This document shows, piece after piece, positions 49,539-58,124 of a stretch of 64,000 nt of DNA (within the stretch, counting starts at the first letter, position 1; the number at the start of each line of letters is the position of its first letter). Source of the stretch: Candidatus Latescibacterota bacterium (GTDB lineage: Bacteria; Latescibacterota; UBA2968; GCA-2709665); assembly GCA_963667175.2 (NCBI GenBank), contig CAXXXF010000003.1:32001-96000 (forward strand), in the 5' to 3' direction. The position numbers and the translations under genes were made by a program. The notes beneath the pieces were generated by a model, which was given only the letters and a program-made list of their open reading frames with translations, was not told the origin of the DNA and did no database searches.

Positions 49539-50231
49539 TCAGGTGCGCACCTTCACGAATTCGAGGACCATGAGGAATGGAACCGTATTCCAGCGCTCTC
49601 GATTCAGCCCATCGCGGTCGTGGCTTACATCTTTAAGGGTTCTCAGAAGAAAACCGTGTTTGCCGAACGCATCGATGTATTCCTCCATGGTTCGGTGATA
49701 ATAATACACCTCGACTCCCGCTCTCGCCATTCCGTGATAGATCACCGACTCTCCCGTGGCGAAGTAGCCTGACGCCTTTTCTCTCAGGACAGCCGAGTAC
49801 GGATTGTTGAGCGAAAGAACCACCCTCCCCCCGACGCGGCACGAACTCGCCAGCGTCCGGATGAATCCTGCGTAGTCGGGAACATCATTCAATACCAGGT
49901 GTGAGGCGATAAGGTCAAAGGATGCCTCCAAATCCGGCAGCGGTGTGCAAAGATCATGAACTCGATAGTCGATTGCATTTTCCGGATCTTTCGTTTTTCC
50001 CAATTCTACAAGGGGCGCACAGACGTCGATGGCGCAAACTTCCGCCCCCCGATTTTCCAGGAGTCTTGCGACCAGGCCGTCACCACAGCCCGCATCCAGG
50101 ACACGCAGACCCTTGACATCACCCACGAGGTCCAGGAAGCCAGACAGAACAGGATCGGGGTCAACCTCCAGGTCAGACACTATGGCTGCATACTGCTCCG
50201 CGAAGTCATCATAGGTGTTTCGATCAGCCAT
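49539..50231 (-). CDS. class I SAM-dependent methyltransferase
   Basis: VLDAGCGDG, YYHRT. Confidence 0.88.
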   Translation of the reverse strand: MADRNTYDDFAEQYAAIVSDLEVDPDPVLSGFLDLVGDVKGLRVLDAGCGDGLVARLLENRGAEVCAIDVCAPLVELGKTKDPENAIDYRVHDLCTPLPDLEASFDLIASHLVLNDVPDYAGFIRTLASSCRVGGRVVLSLNNPYSAVLREKASGYFATGESVIYHGMARAGVEVYYYHRTMEEYIDAFGKHGFLLRTLKDVSHDRDGLNRERWNTVPFLMVLEFVKVRT

Positions 50232-50369
50232 TTCTCACAAGCCTCTCCGACCCGTGACCGGCGACTGTGGTGTCACTGAACTCGCGACGCAATAGGTACA
50301 GAATCCGAGGATCCACGAACTGCTACGTATCACCTTGAAATGTCCACATACCCGAAACACGCATAATCT

Positions 50370-50534
50370 CTATGTCTTCGCTTTCCTCTCGACCTCCTGC
50401 TGCGAAAGCCTCAATTGAGCGCGCATACTGTGAATCTTCAATGACAGTTCGGTATGCCGCCGTTCCTCCTCGTACAGTCTTCTGAATCTCTCATCATCGA
50501 GCCTTTGGTTCAGATGACGTCTAAAGCTCCTCAT
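50370..50534 (-). pseudogene. truncated XRE/HigA-like antitoxin (not in ORF track)
   Basis: GGAGG RBS; MRSFRRHLNQRLDDERFRRLYEEERRHTELSLKIHSMRAQLRLSQQEVERKAKT* stops inside the HTH. Confidence 0.65.
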
Positions 50535-50806
50535 CCCGTTCCTCCGTTAGCCGGCTCTCGTAATATCGAGACCCGAGGGTCCACGACTTTACCGAAATGC
50601 ATCAACCTGAGATGTCCGCATTCCCAATATACCAAAAAATGCCCCCAAAGGGGGCACCATCTCCAGTCGCAATCGGCCTTTGTCGCATCCATCAATTTTT
50701 CCGGTGGACTCCGCCGTGTTTGTTTTGGCCTGACATGCTCACCGTACAGCGGTAACCTTCATGTTATAGGGTTTTGAGCGAACCTGGATCCGGTGCAGCG
50801 AATCAG

Positions 50807-51040
50807 TCAGGATATCGCGGGCGATACATCCCTGACATGCAATATCTCGCCTGCCATAGGTGCACGCACGGCGGAATCTTCCAGGGTCAGAACCGCGATC
50901 GTGGTACCGCGGGTATCCACAAACTCTATCTCCGAGGCTTTTTCATCGTCGTATCTATGAACCACCGTCCCCACGTCGCCTGTCACCAAACCGTGTTCCA
51001 AAATAGACTCCTTGAGAACGACCAGATCCAATTCAGTCAT
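50807..51040 (-). CDS. DUF4926 domain protein
   Basis: ELDLVVL..EHGL..GDVGTVVH..EIEF..G.TIAVLTL. Confidence 0.82.
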   Translation of the reverse strand: MTELDLVVLKESILEHGLVTGDVGTVVHRYDDEKASEIEFVDTRGTTIAVLTLEDSAVRAPMAGEILHVRDVSPAIS

Positions 51041-51060
51041 ATTGAGTCGATCCTCCTTGA

Positions 51061-51393
51061 TCATGCTGGATACGCTGTAACCAAACGCGGCTTATCCGAA
51101 CTCGGCTCAACAATCCAAACTGTGCGAATCCGAACGTCACGACCCGACGGGGTAATTACGTTGCCATCCACAACATACTTGGCGCCGTGATGTGTATGCG
51201 CAAATTCGGAGACCTGCTCGTTACCTGCAATGGATGCCAAATCAGCAGCAAGGACCGAAGGTTCCTCTGGCTGATATCCGACACCCCGGAAGAATCGTGA
51301 CTTAGTACGACCCACGGTGTGCACGTCAGAAAGCAAGTATTGCCTGACTTTTCGCATCGGTATGAGGGCATTATCGCCATTCGGCAATTTCAT
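51061..51393 (-). CDS. DUF6883-like domain protein (putative nuclease toxin)
   Basis: MKLPN..K..YLL..H..G..K..FF..TVW..PRLVTAYP. Confidence 0.75.
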   Translation of the reverse strand: MKLPNGDNALIPMRKVRQYLLSDVHTVGRTKSRFFRGVGYQPEEPSVLAADLASIAGNEQVSEFAHTHHGAKYVVDGNVITPSGRDVRIRTVWIVEPSSDKPRLVTAYPA

Positions 51394-51424
51394 CGAAAAC
51401 GAACTTCCATTTCATGTGAGATGA

Positions 51425-51658
51425 TTATTCCGCGGCTGAAATCTTCTCGTTGTTGGATGTCTGCAATCCTTCGGGCAAAGGATCGGCGTGTTCTCTGTAG
51501 GATTCAATCAGCTTTCGCGCCACGTCCTGTGCGATTTCAGTGATTTCGGCCACCGTTCTTCCCTGTGCGACCAGGCCCGGAAAGTTATCCGAAGTCGCCA
51601 GAAATTGGCCGTTCTCAACTCTCTCCACCTGAAGGTTCAATCTATATTCTGCTGACAC
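51425..51658 (-). CDS. HicB-like antitoxin (orphan)
   Basis: FLATS..PGLVAQGRTVAE..EIA.DVARKLIES. Confidence 0.78.
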   Translation of the reverse strand: MSAEYRLNLQVERVENGQFLATSDNFPGLVAQGRTVAEITEIAQDVARKLIESYREHADPLPEGLQTSNNEKISAAE

Positions 51659-51728
51659 GGAAATACTCCTGTCTGGTCAAGTAGTCAGCTACCTTACGTC
51701 AACGTACCCCGCCTGCTCGTTCCACTCC

Positions 51729-54700
51729 CTACGCAACAACCGCGGCGGCTTTTCGTTTCAGCGCGGGCAGCAGTTCGTCGGCCGCTCGTTCGAGGGCCGC
51801 CATCGCCTCATCCACGTTCTCGAGGTCCCCTTCGCGCGCCATGGTTTCCAGCCGCAACGCCGCCTCCACCGTCGAATCGGCAAGGAAGACGGCCGCCGAA
51901 CCCTTCAGCGTATGGGCCGCGCGCCGCAGCAGCGTGGCATCGCGGTGATTGATCGCCCGTTTCATTTCCTTCAGGCGCCTGGCGTATTCGCTGACAAACA
52001 GCCCCGCCAGTTCGCCCAGGATCGCCTCGTTTCCGCCAACCTGTTGCACGGCCCCCTGCCAATCCAGTGCGCCGCCGTCAACGTCGGGGTCCTCCGGCGG
52101 TGCACCGTCCGAAGAAACGTCGTTCTCCACAATATCGTAGAGGTCTCCCGCCCGGACGGGCTTGGGGAGATAATCGTCCATCCCCTCTTCCAGGCACCGT
52201 TCCCTGTCTCCCTGCATCACGTGGGCCGTCATCGCCGCAATTCGAACGTGTTCCCCGGTCGACCGTTCCCGCTCCCTGATCATCCGGGTTGCCTCCAGCC
52301 CGTCCATCTCCGGCATCTGGACGTCCATCAGGATGAGATCGAACGTCTCGTTCTCCAGCGCATTGAGCACTTCCCTGCCGTTATTGACGGACGTAACCCG
52401 GTGGCCGCGGGGTTCGAGCAGGTCCACGATCACTTTCTGATTGACCGCGCCGTCTTCTGCCAGCAGAACCCGGCGTCTGGCGGCGGGCGCTAACGGTTCG
52501 GCCACTGTCGGGACATCCACGGCCTCTACGACGCTTACGTCGAGCGCCGATAGCGTGGCATCGAGCAGGTCGGACTGCTTGACCGGTTTTGTCAGGCATC
52601 GGGCAAGTCCCAGCGCGTCGCATCGCACGACGTCGTGCGTTCTCCCCGCGGACGAAAGAATCAGTATCGGCACATCCTTCGTCGCGGGATCCTGCCTGAG
52701 GCGCTCGGCCAGCGCGAACCCGTCCATATCCGGCATCACCGCGTCCAGCAGAAACAGACTGTACGGCAGACCCGCCTCGCCGGCCTCCCGAACCGTGTCC
52801 AGCGCCGCCGGCGCCGAATCCGCCACGGCGATTTTCATACCCCAGGTCCCGAGCATCTCCTCGAATATGAACCGGTTTGTGCGGTTGTTGTCCACCACCA
52901 GCGCACGGAGACCCACCAGGGTCTGGAGGTCGGCCGCGGACCGCTTCACGGACTGAGGCTGGGCCTCGAAGTGCGCCGTGAAGTAAAACGTACTCCCTTT
53001 GTCCCGTTCGCTCTCCACCCACATTCGTCCGCCCATCATCGACGCCAGTTGAGACGAGATTGCCAGGCCCAGACCGGTTCCGCCAAACCGCCTGGAAGTG
53101 GAAGAGTCCACCTGGCTGAAAGAGTCGAAAATGAGCTGCTGGTCTTCCGGCGAGATGCCGATGCCCGTATCCCGGACAAAAAACCTCAGACTGACCTTTT
53201 CTTCATCACGGGAGTCCACCTTGACGTCAACCAGCACATCGCCCGTGGTCGTGAACTTGATGGCGTTGTCCACCAGGTTGATGACGATTTGCCGCAAACG
53301 GCCCGGGTCGCCAACCAGCCTGTCGGGAACGTCCGGCGCGACGTGGCAGGCCAGTTCCAGCCCCTTCTGCGTTGCTTTGACCGCGAGAGTCTGCACGGTG
53401 TCTCCCAGCGTATCCCGAAGGTCGAAGCCGATCGATTCCAGCTCCAGCCTGTCCACCTCAAGCTTGGAAAAGTCGAGAATATCGTTCAGGAGCGCGAGCA
53501 ATGCCTCGGAAGACTGCCGGCTCAGCTTGAGGTATTCCCGCTGCTGGGGCGTCAACTCAGTGTTGCCCAAAAGCTCCGTCATGCCCATGATGCCGTTCAT
53601 CGGCGTCCGGATTTCATGGCTCATGTTGGCAAGAAACTCGCTCTTCGCCCGGTTCGCCTGCTCCGCGACTTCCTTTGCCGTCTGCAACTCCGCACCCGAA
53701 CGCTCCAGGGCCACGGTGCTCTTCTTCAGCGCTTCGTTCGCTTCACGCTCGGCGGAAGCTGTATTCTCGAGCTGCCGGTTCTTTTCCTGAAGCTGTATTT
53801 CGGCGTGCTTGCGCAGTGTGATATCCCTCACCGTGCCGATCATATGCACGGACTGCCCCGCGCTGTCGCCGAAGACGCGCCCCTTGTTTCCCAACCATCG
53901 GATCGTCCCGTCGGGCCATACAACGCGGTGCTCGACTTCAAAACCCATCCCTTCCTTTATCGTGCGCCGCACGGCGCTGCGGACCATTTCCCGGTCTTCC
54001 GGATGCACGAATCCATAAAACGCCTCGCGCGTACCTTCGAATTCCTCCGGCTTGAGACCGAACAACGGCGCCACCAGGTCCGACCAGACCAGTTCTCCGG
54101 TCAGCAGATTCGAATCCCAACTCCCCATGTGGGCGGCTTCCATCGCCAGCTTGAGCCGGGCTTCGCTTTCCCGCAAGGCCTGTTCCGAGCGCTTCCGTTC
54201 GTAGTCCAGATTGGCGAGCGACCGGGCGTACCACCAGATCAGGATATTCAGTGCGACGATCACCCCCAGAGAGAACAGCGACATACCCGACGCGAACCCC
54301 AGTATCACTTCGCCGTGAGGCCAGAGCCAACCCAGCGCCAGCGGAATCAGGAAGGCGGCCGGCAGCAGCCGGCGCGCCATCGAACCGCCTGCCGTCGAAC
54401 TGACAATGGTGGTGGTTGGTTCGAGGTCGGGCCGGGCCAGAAACACGCCAATGCACAACAGGCCGAAGGCAAGCGTTGTGACGGCGCTCATCTGGAGGTC
54501 CCACGTCACTTCTCTGGGGGAGAGCGTCAGATAGAAATGCCCGACCGCATAACCGCACGATACGATCGAGGCGGCAGACAGACACGTCTGTGCGGGCCAG
54601 GCATTCCCTCTGAACCGGATATGCCAGAGAAGCAAGGCCAGCCCGATCAGGGCGAAGTTACACGCTTCATTGCGCAACATATGCCCCGCGCCGGCGCCGA

Positions 54701-55001
54701 AACCGATAAATACAGGTCCCGCGCCGACGAGTTCCAGGGCCGCGAAGACGACGACAACCGCGCTGATTGCCTTGCCCAGGAATTGCCTCCGTGCTGAGGA
54801 ACTACCGCTCCGCAGCAGCCACAGCGCCACGCTTGTGAGCACGAACATGCCGGCTGTCAACAAAGACATCCATTCGGCCACGGGTGCGCTGACGAGCCAT
54901 CCTGAAAAGACCAGGATGGACAGCATCACAACGATCAGATTCGCCGTCTGCGCGGATACCGCGGCCAGCCGCAACAATCGAGGGTCCGCATAATCGTCCA
55001 T
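51729..55001 (-). CDS. membrane hybrid sensor histidine kinase: multi-TM, PAS, HisKA, HATPase, REC, REC, Hpt
   Basis: EFLANMSHEIRTPMNG, NLVDNAIKFT, DTGIG, GGTGLGL, LLDAVMP, LMDVQMP, AHTLKGS. Confidence 0.95.
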   Translation of the reverse strand: MDDYADPRLLRLAAVSAQTANLIVVMLSILVFSGWLVSAPVAEWMSLLTAGMFVLTSVALWLLRSGSSSARRQFLGKAISAVVVVFAALELVGAGPVFIGFGAGAGHMLRNEACNFALIGLALLLWHIRFRGNAWPAQTCLSAASIVSCGYAVGHFYLTLSPREVTWDLQMSAVTTLAFGLLCIGVFLARPDLEPTTTIVSSTAGGSMARRLLPAAFLIPLALGWLWPHGEVILGFASGMSLFSLGVIVALNILIWWYARSLANLDYERKRSEQALRESEARLKLAMEAAHMGSWDSNLLTGELVWSDLVAPLFGLKPEEFEGTREAFYGFVHPEDREMVRSAVRRTIKEGMGFEVEHRVVWPDGTIRWLGNKGRVFGDSAGQSVHMIGTVRDITLRKHAEIQLQEKNRQLENTASAEREANEALKKSTVALERSGAELQTAKEVAEQANRAKSEFLANMSHEIRTPMNGIMGMTELLGNTELTPQQREYLKLSRQSSEALLALLNDILDFSKLEVDRLELESIGFDLRDTLGDTVQTLAVKATQKGLELACHVAPDVPDRLVGDPGRLRQIVINLVDNAIKFTTTGDVLVDVKVDSRDEEKVSLRFFVRDTGIGISPEDQQLIFDSFSQVDSSTSRRFGGTGLGLAISSQLASMMGGRMWVESERDKGSTFYFTAHFEAQPQSVKRSAADLQTLVGLRALVVDNNRTNRFIFEEMLGTWGMKIAVADSAPAALDTVREAGEAGLPYSLFLLDAVMPDMDGFALAERLRQDPATKDVPILILSSAGRTHDVVRCDALGLARCLTKPVKQSDLLDATLSALDVSVVEAVDVPTVAEPLAPAARRRVLLAEDGAVNQKVIVDLLEPRGHRVTSVNNGREVLNALENETFDLILMDVQMPEMDGLEATRMIRERERSTGEHVRIAAMTAHVMQGDRERCLEEGMDDYLPKPVRAGDLYDIVENDVSSDGAPPEDPDVDGGALDWQGAVQQVGGNEAILGELAGLFVSEYARRLKEMKRAINHRDATLLRRAAHTLKGSAAVFLADSTVEAALRLETMAREGDLENVDEAMAALERAADELLPALKRKAAAVVA

Positions 55002-55017
55002 TTCAGACCGTCCTATG

Positions 55018-56667
55018 CTATGGGAAGACGCCTCTCAGGAGCTTCGCCTGAGTCACGCGATGGATGCCTTCTATCAGCGCCGCTGTACGCATATCCAGCC
55101 CGTCGCGTTCGGACCGCTGCATTGTCCGCCGGAACGCGTGGAGCAATATCTGCCTGAGCCGCTCGTTGATCTCGTCGAGGGTCCACATATAATTCTGGGT
55201 GTCCTGCACCCACTCGAAATAGGAAACCGTAACCCCTCCGGCGTTTCCGAGCACGTCCGGAAGAATAAACACGTCCTTGTCTTTCAGGATTTCGTCGGCC
55301 TCCAGTGTGGTGGGGCCGTTGGCGCCTTCGGCCAGAATCCTGCATGAGACGTTGTCGGCATTGTCCACGGTGATCTGATTCTGCAGGGCCGCGGGTACAA
55401 GAATGTCGCACGGGATCTCGAGCAATTCCCGATTGCTCACGGCATCTCCGCCGGTGTAACCTTCCAGAACCTGGTTTTCATCCGTATGTTGCAGCAGCGA
55501 ATCCACGGACAGACCATCTGGGTTGTAAATGCCGGTGGTCACGTCGCTCACGCCCACGAGCCTGACTCCGCAGGCGTTCAGAAACCGCGCGGCATTGCTC
55601 CCCACGTTCCCGAACCCCTGGACGACGGCGGTCGCGTTGTTCAGTTCCATCCCGATATGCCTGGCCGCTTCCTCCACGAGATACACCAGCCCCCGTCCCG
55701 TCGCCTCGCGGCGGCCTTCCGAGCCTCCCAGCACCACAGGCTTGCCGGTTACGACCGCGGGTACCGTATGTCCCGTCTGGTGGCTGTAGGTGTCCATCAT
55801 CCACGCCATGACGTGTTCGTCCGTGCCCATGTCGGGCGCTGGGATGTCCTTTTGCGGTCCGATCACGTCGATGATCTCCGACGTATACCGTCGCGTCAGG
55901 CGCTGCAGTTCGGGACGTGAGAGTACGGTGGGGTCGATACGTACCCCTCCCTTGGCGCCGCCAAACGGCAGGTCCATCAGGGCGCATTTCCAGGTCATCC
56001 ACATGGCCAGCGCGGTTACTTCGCCCAGGTTCACGTCGTGATGGTATCGGACGCCGCCCTTTGTGGGACCCATCGTCAAGAGGTGTTGAATCCGGTATCC
56101 GGCGACCGTTTCCACGTATCCGTGTTCGTCCCGCCGGAACGGAAAGGTAACGACGTGGGTGCGCTGGGGAAACAACAGCCGCTGCCGGATGTTGTCATCC
56201 AGCTCCATCAGGTGGGCTGCCTTGAGAAACTGCTGCTGCGCCAGCCGGAACATGGGCGATTCCCATTCGGCGTGCTGCGCCCGGCTGCGCTCCACGGCGT
56301 ATCGGATGGACCTCACCAGCAAAGCGCCGTTCATATTCGACTTGACGAGATAATCTTGCGCGCCCGCTTCGACGGCCCGCGCCGCGAGTTTGATATCCTT
56401 CACGCCGGACAGGATCACAACCGGCAGGTCCGAATGTGCCGCGCGGACCCGGAAATACGTATCCAGGTCCTCGCTGTCCGGCAGCACGAGGTCCAGCAGC
56501 AGCAGTTCGTACGCGTCCGCCGCAAGCCGCTTCAGCCCTTCCGTGAGCGTATCCGCCGAATCCACCTCGAACTCCGGGCCCTCGGATTTGGCGAGCAATT
56601 CCCGAATCAGGCGGGTGTGAAGCGGATTGTCCTCAATCAGCAGCGTCTTCAGGATTTTCCTTTGCAT
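55018..56667 (-). CDS. response-regulator receiver domain fused to Glu/Leu/Phe/Val (glutamate) dehydrogenase
   Basis: REC E12-D13, D59, S87, K109; GDH motifs GPTKGGVRY, MTWKCA, GGAKGG, DIPAPDMGT, VTGKP, QGFGNVG, EGANGP, NAGGVTVSYFEW. Confidence 0.93.
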   Translation of the reverse strand: MQRKILKTLLIEDNPLHTRLIRELLAKSEGPEFEVDSADTLTEGLKRLAADAYELLLLDLVLPDSEDLDTYFRVRAAHSDLPVVILSGVKDIKLAARAVEAGAQDYLVKSNMNGALLVRSIRYAVERSRAQHAEWESPMFRLAQQQFLKAAHLMELDDNIRQRLLFPQRTHVVTFPFRRDEHGYVETVAGYRIQHLLTMGPTKGGVRYHHDVNLGEVTALAMWMTWKCALMDLPFGGAKGGVRIDPTVLSRPELQRLTRRYTSEIIDVIGPQKDIPAPDMGTDEHVMAWMMDTYSHQTGHTVPAVVTGKPVVLGGSEGRREATGRGLVYLVEEAARHIGMELNNATAVVQGFGNVGSNAARFLNACGVRLVGVSDVTTGIYNPDGLSVDSLLQHTDENQVLEGYTGGDAVSNRELLEIPCDILVPAALQNQITVDNADNVSCRILAEGANGPTTLEADEILKDKDVFILPDVLGNAGGVTVSYFEWVQDTQNYMWTLDEINERLRQILLHAFRRTMQRSERDGLDMRTAALIEGIHRVTQAKLLRGVFP

Positions 56668-56719
56668 GGTTTCGACGTCCGTGCGGTTTCATCAGTACTG
56701 TTTGAAGGAAGTATTCGAA

Positions 56720-56748
56720 TATTTAGTCCTATTGCCGATTCGTGTCAA
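56720..56748 (-). promoter_or_regulatory. putative sigma70 promoter of the REC-GDH/kinase operon
   Basis: TTGACA-17nt-TAAATA on the minus strand, about 50 nt upstream of ATG 56667. Confidence 0.55.
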
Positions 56749-56802
56749 GTCCAAAGCGTTGAATGACACGCTTTTGTGCGATTTGCCTCTCAACGTGTAC
56801 GG

Positions 56803-56833
56803 AAAAAAGGCAGGGTATCTCCGATGCCCCGCC
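56803..56833 (-). terminator. rho-independent terminator downstream of the aldo/keto reductase
   Basis: Minus strand GGCGGGGCATC-GGA-GATACCCTGCC followed by TTTTTT. Confidence 0.7.
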
Positions 56834-56902
56834 CGTCTTTCGCACCCAAGACGGTCCCATTGAGTAAGACGAATGGATCCGCTTCGGGTTGCGCGTTGTC
56901 GG

Positions 56903-57874
56903 TCACCGGCGTTCGCGCCGAAGGTCCAACCAGTTCAGTTCCTCCGGCGTCAATTGGATTCCCATCGCTTCCTGATTCTGGCGGCATTCCTCGGCCGATC
57001 TGCATCCCGACACCGTGAAGACGTTCAGAGGCTGGTTGAACAGATACGCGAGCGCGACCTGCGCCACGGTCTTTCCGCGCTCGCCGGCAAGTTCGGTCGC
57101 ACGTTGCAGTCGCGTGAAATTTTCTTCGTACCCGTAGACTTGGGCGCAACCCTCCGTCGTTTGTTTCGCCATCTCAGCGATGTTCTCTCGGCTCAGGAGA
57201 CCGGAGAAAAAACCCTGCGCCAGGCTGGACCAGGAAAACACGGGCATCTGCGACTTTCGGTACCACGCCCGTTCCTCGGCCCCGCGCGGACCGGAGATAC
57301 TCAGACAGCCCTCCCAGATCTCATGCAGGCGCACGGCCAGACTGAAATTCGGGCTGCTGGCCACAAAGGGCCTCAGGCCTTGATTCCGCGCATACGAATT
57401 CGCCTCGCGAATCCGGCTCACCGACCAGTTGGACCCGCCGAAGGCGCGGATTCGCCCCTCCGACACGTGTTCGTTCAACGCCTCCACCAGCGGTCCGACC
57501 GGCGCCTCCGGATCGTCCCGGTGAAGCAGATAGAGGTCGATATAATCTGTCCGGAGCCGTGCCAGGGAATCGAACAGGTCGGACGCGACGTCGAACACCG
57601 TCACCCTGCGGCGGCGGTCGGGGTTGGGGTGGCCGCCCTTGCTGAGGATAAATACATCGCTTCGATTGCCGCGCCGGTCCATCCAGGCCCCCAGCGCCCG
57701 CTCCGCCTTTCCGTTTCCATAGACGGGCGCGGTATCGAAACTGTTGCAGCCCTCCGCCCGGATCCCGTCAAGAAGATCGATGCTCCACTCGAGATCGTCC
57801 GTCGACACCATCAGCGTGCCCTGTACAAGACGGGAAACCGGTTTGTCGATTCCCTCGATACGGCCGTATTTCAT
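56903..57874 (-). CDS. aldo/keto reductase
   Basis: FDTAPVYG, SKGGHP, YLLHRDD, GGSNW. Confidence 0.92.
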   Translation of the reverse strand: MKYGRIEGIDKPVSRLVQGTLMVSTDDLEWSIDLLDGIRAEGCNSFDTAPVYGNGKAERALGAWMDRRGNRSDVFILSKGGHPNPDRRRRVTVFDVASDLFDSLARLRTDYIDLYLLHRDDPEAPVGPLVEALNEHVSEGRIRAFGGSNWSVSRIREANSYARNQGLRPFVASSPNFSLAVRLHEIWEGCLSISGPRGAEERAWYRKSQMPVFSWSSLAQGFFSGLLSRENIAEMAKQTTEGCAQVYGYEENFTRLQRATELAGERGKTVAQVALAYLFNQPLNVFTVSGCRSAEECRQNQEAMGIQLTPEELNWLDLRRERR

Positions 57875-57939
57875 CGCGGGTTCCATATCAAATATGATAT
57901 AGAGGATATACCATAATCACTATGTTACGCAATATTGAA

Positions 57940-58022
57940 AAGCAGCAATCAGTGAAAGGCGGTGAGACCCTCACCCCCCAGCCCTTCTCCCCTGGTGAGA
58001 CGCAAGACGTGAGACGTGAGAG
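57940..58022. repeat. stack of short repeat remnants (7-bp period, CCCTCACCCC REP half, GTGAGAC triplet)
   Basis: AGCAGCAATCAG; CCCTCACCCCCAGCCCTTCTCCCC; GTGAGACGCAAGACGTGAGACGTGAGAG. Confidence 0.5.
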
Positions 58023-58124
58023 GATATCAGTGCCTGTTCGGTTTTATCTCTTGCCGGAGGCATAAAGGAGCAACCAATCGGGCAAGGATGTCATCTACCG
58101 TCTCCCGTCTTACCGGTTTCCGGT

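Noticed and set aside
50540-50762. RelE-like toxin upstream of the truncated XRE gene
   Set aside because: Only a short tail (RYYESRLTEERDEEL*) is suggestive; there is no supportable ORF
32554-51658. Formal integron call
   Set aside because: No intI and no complete attC could be identified by eye; kept only as a hypothesis in findings
52635-54797. 720-aa plus-strand ORF and other long antisense ORFs (7762-9267, 20805-22454, 30852-32357, 59831-61174)
   Set aside because: Shadow frames opposite well-supported genes in high-GC DNA; no motifs
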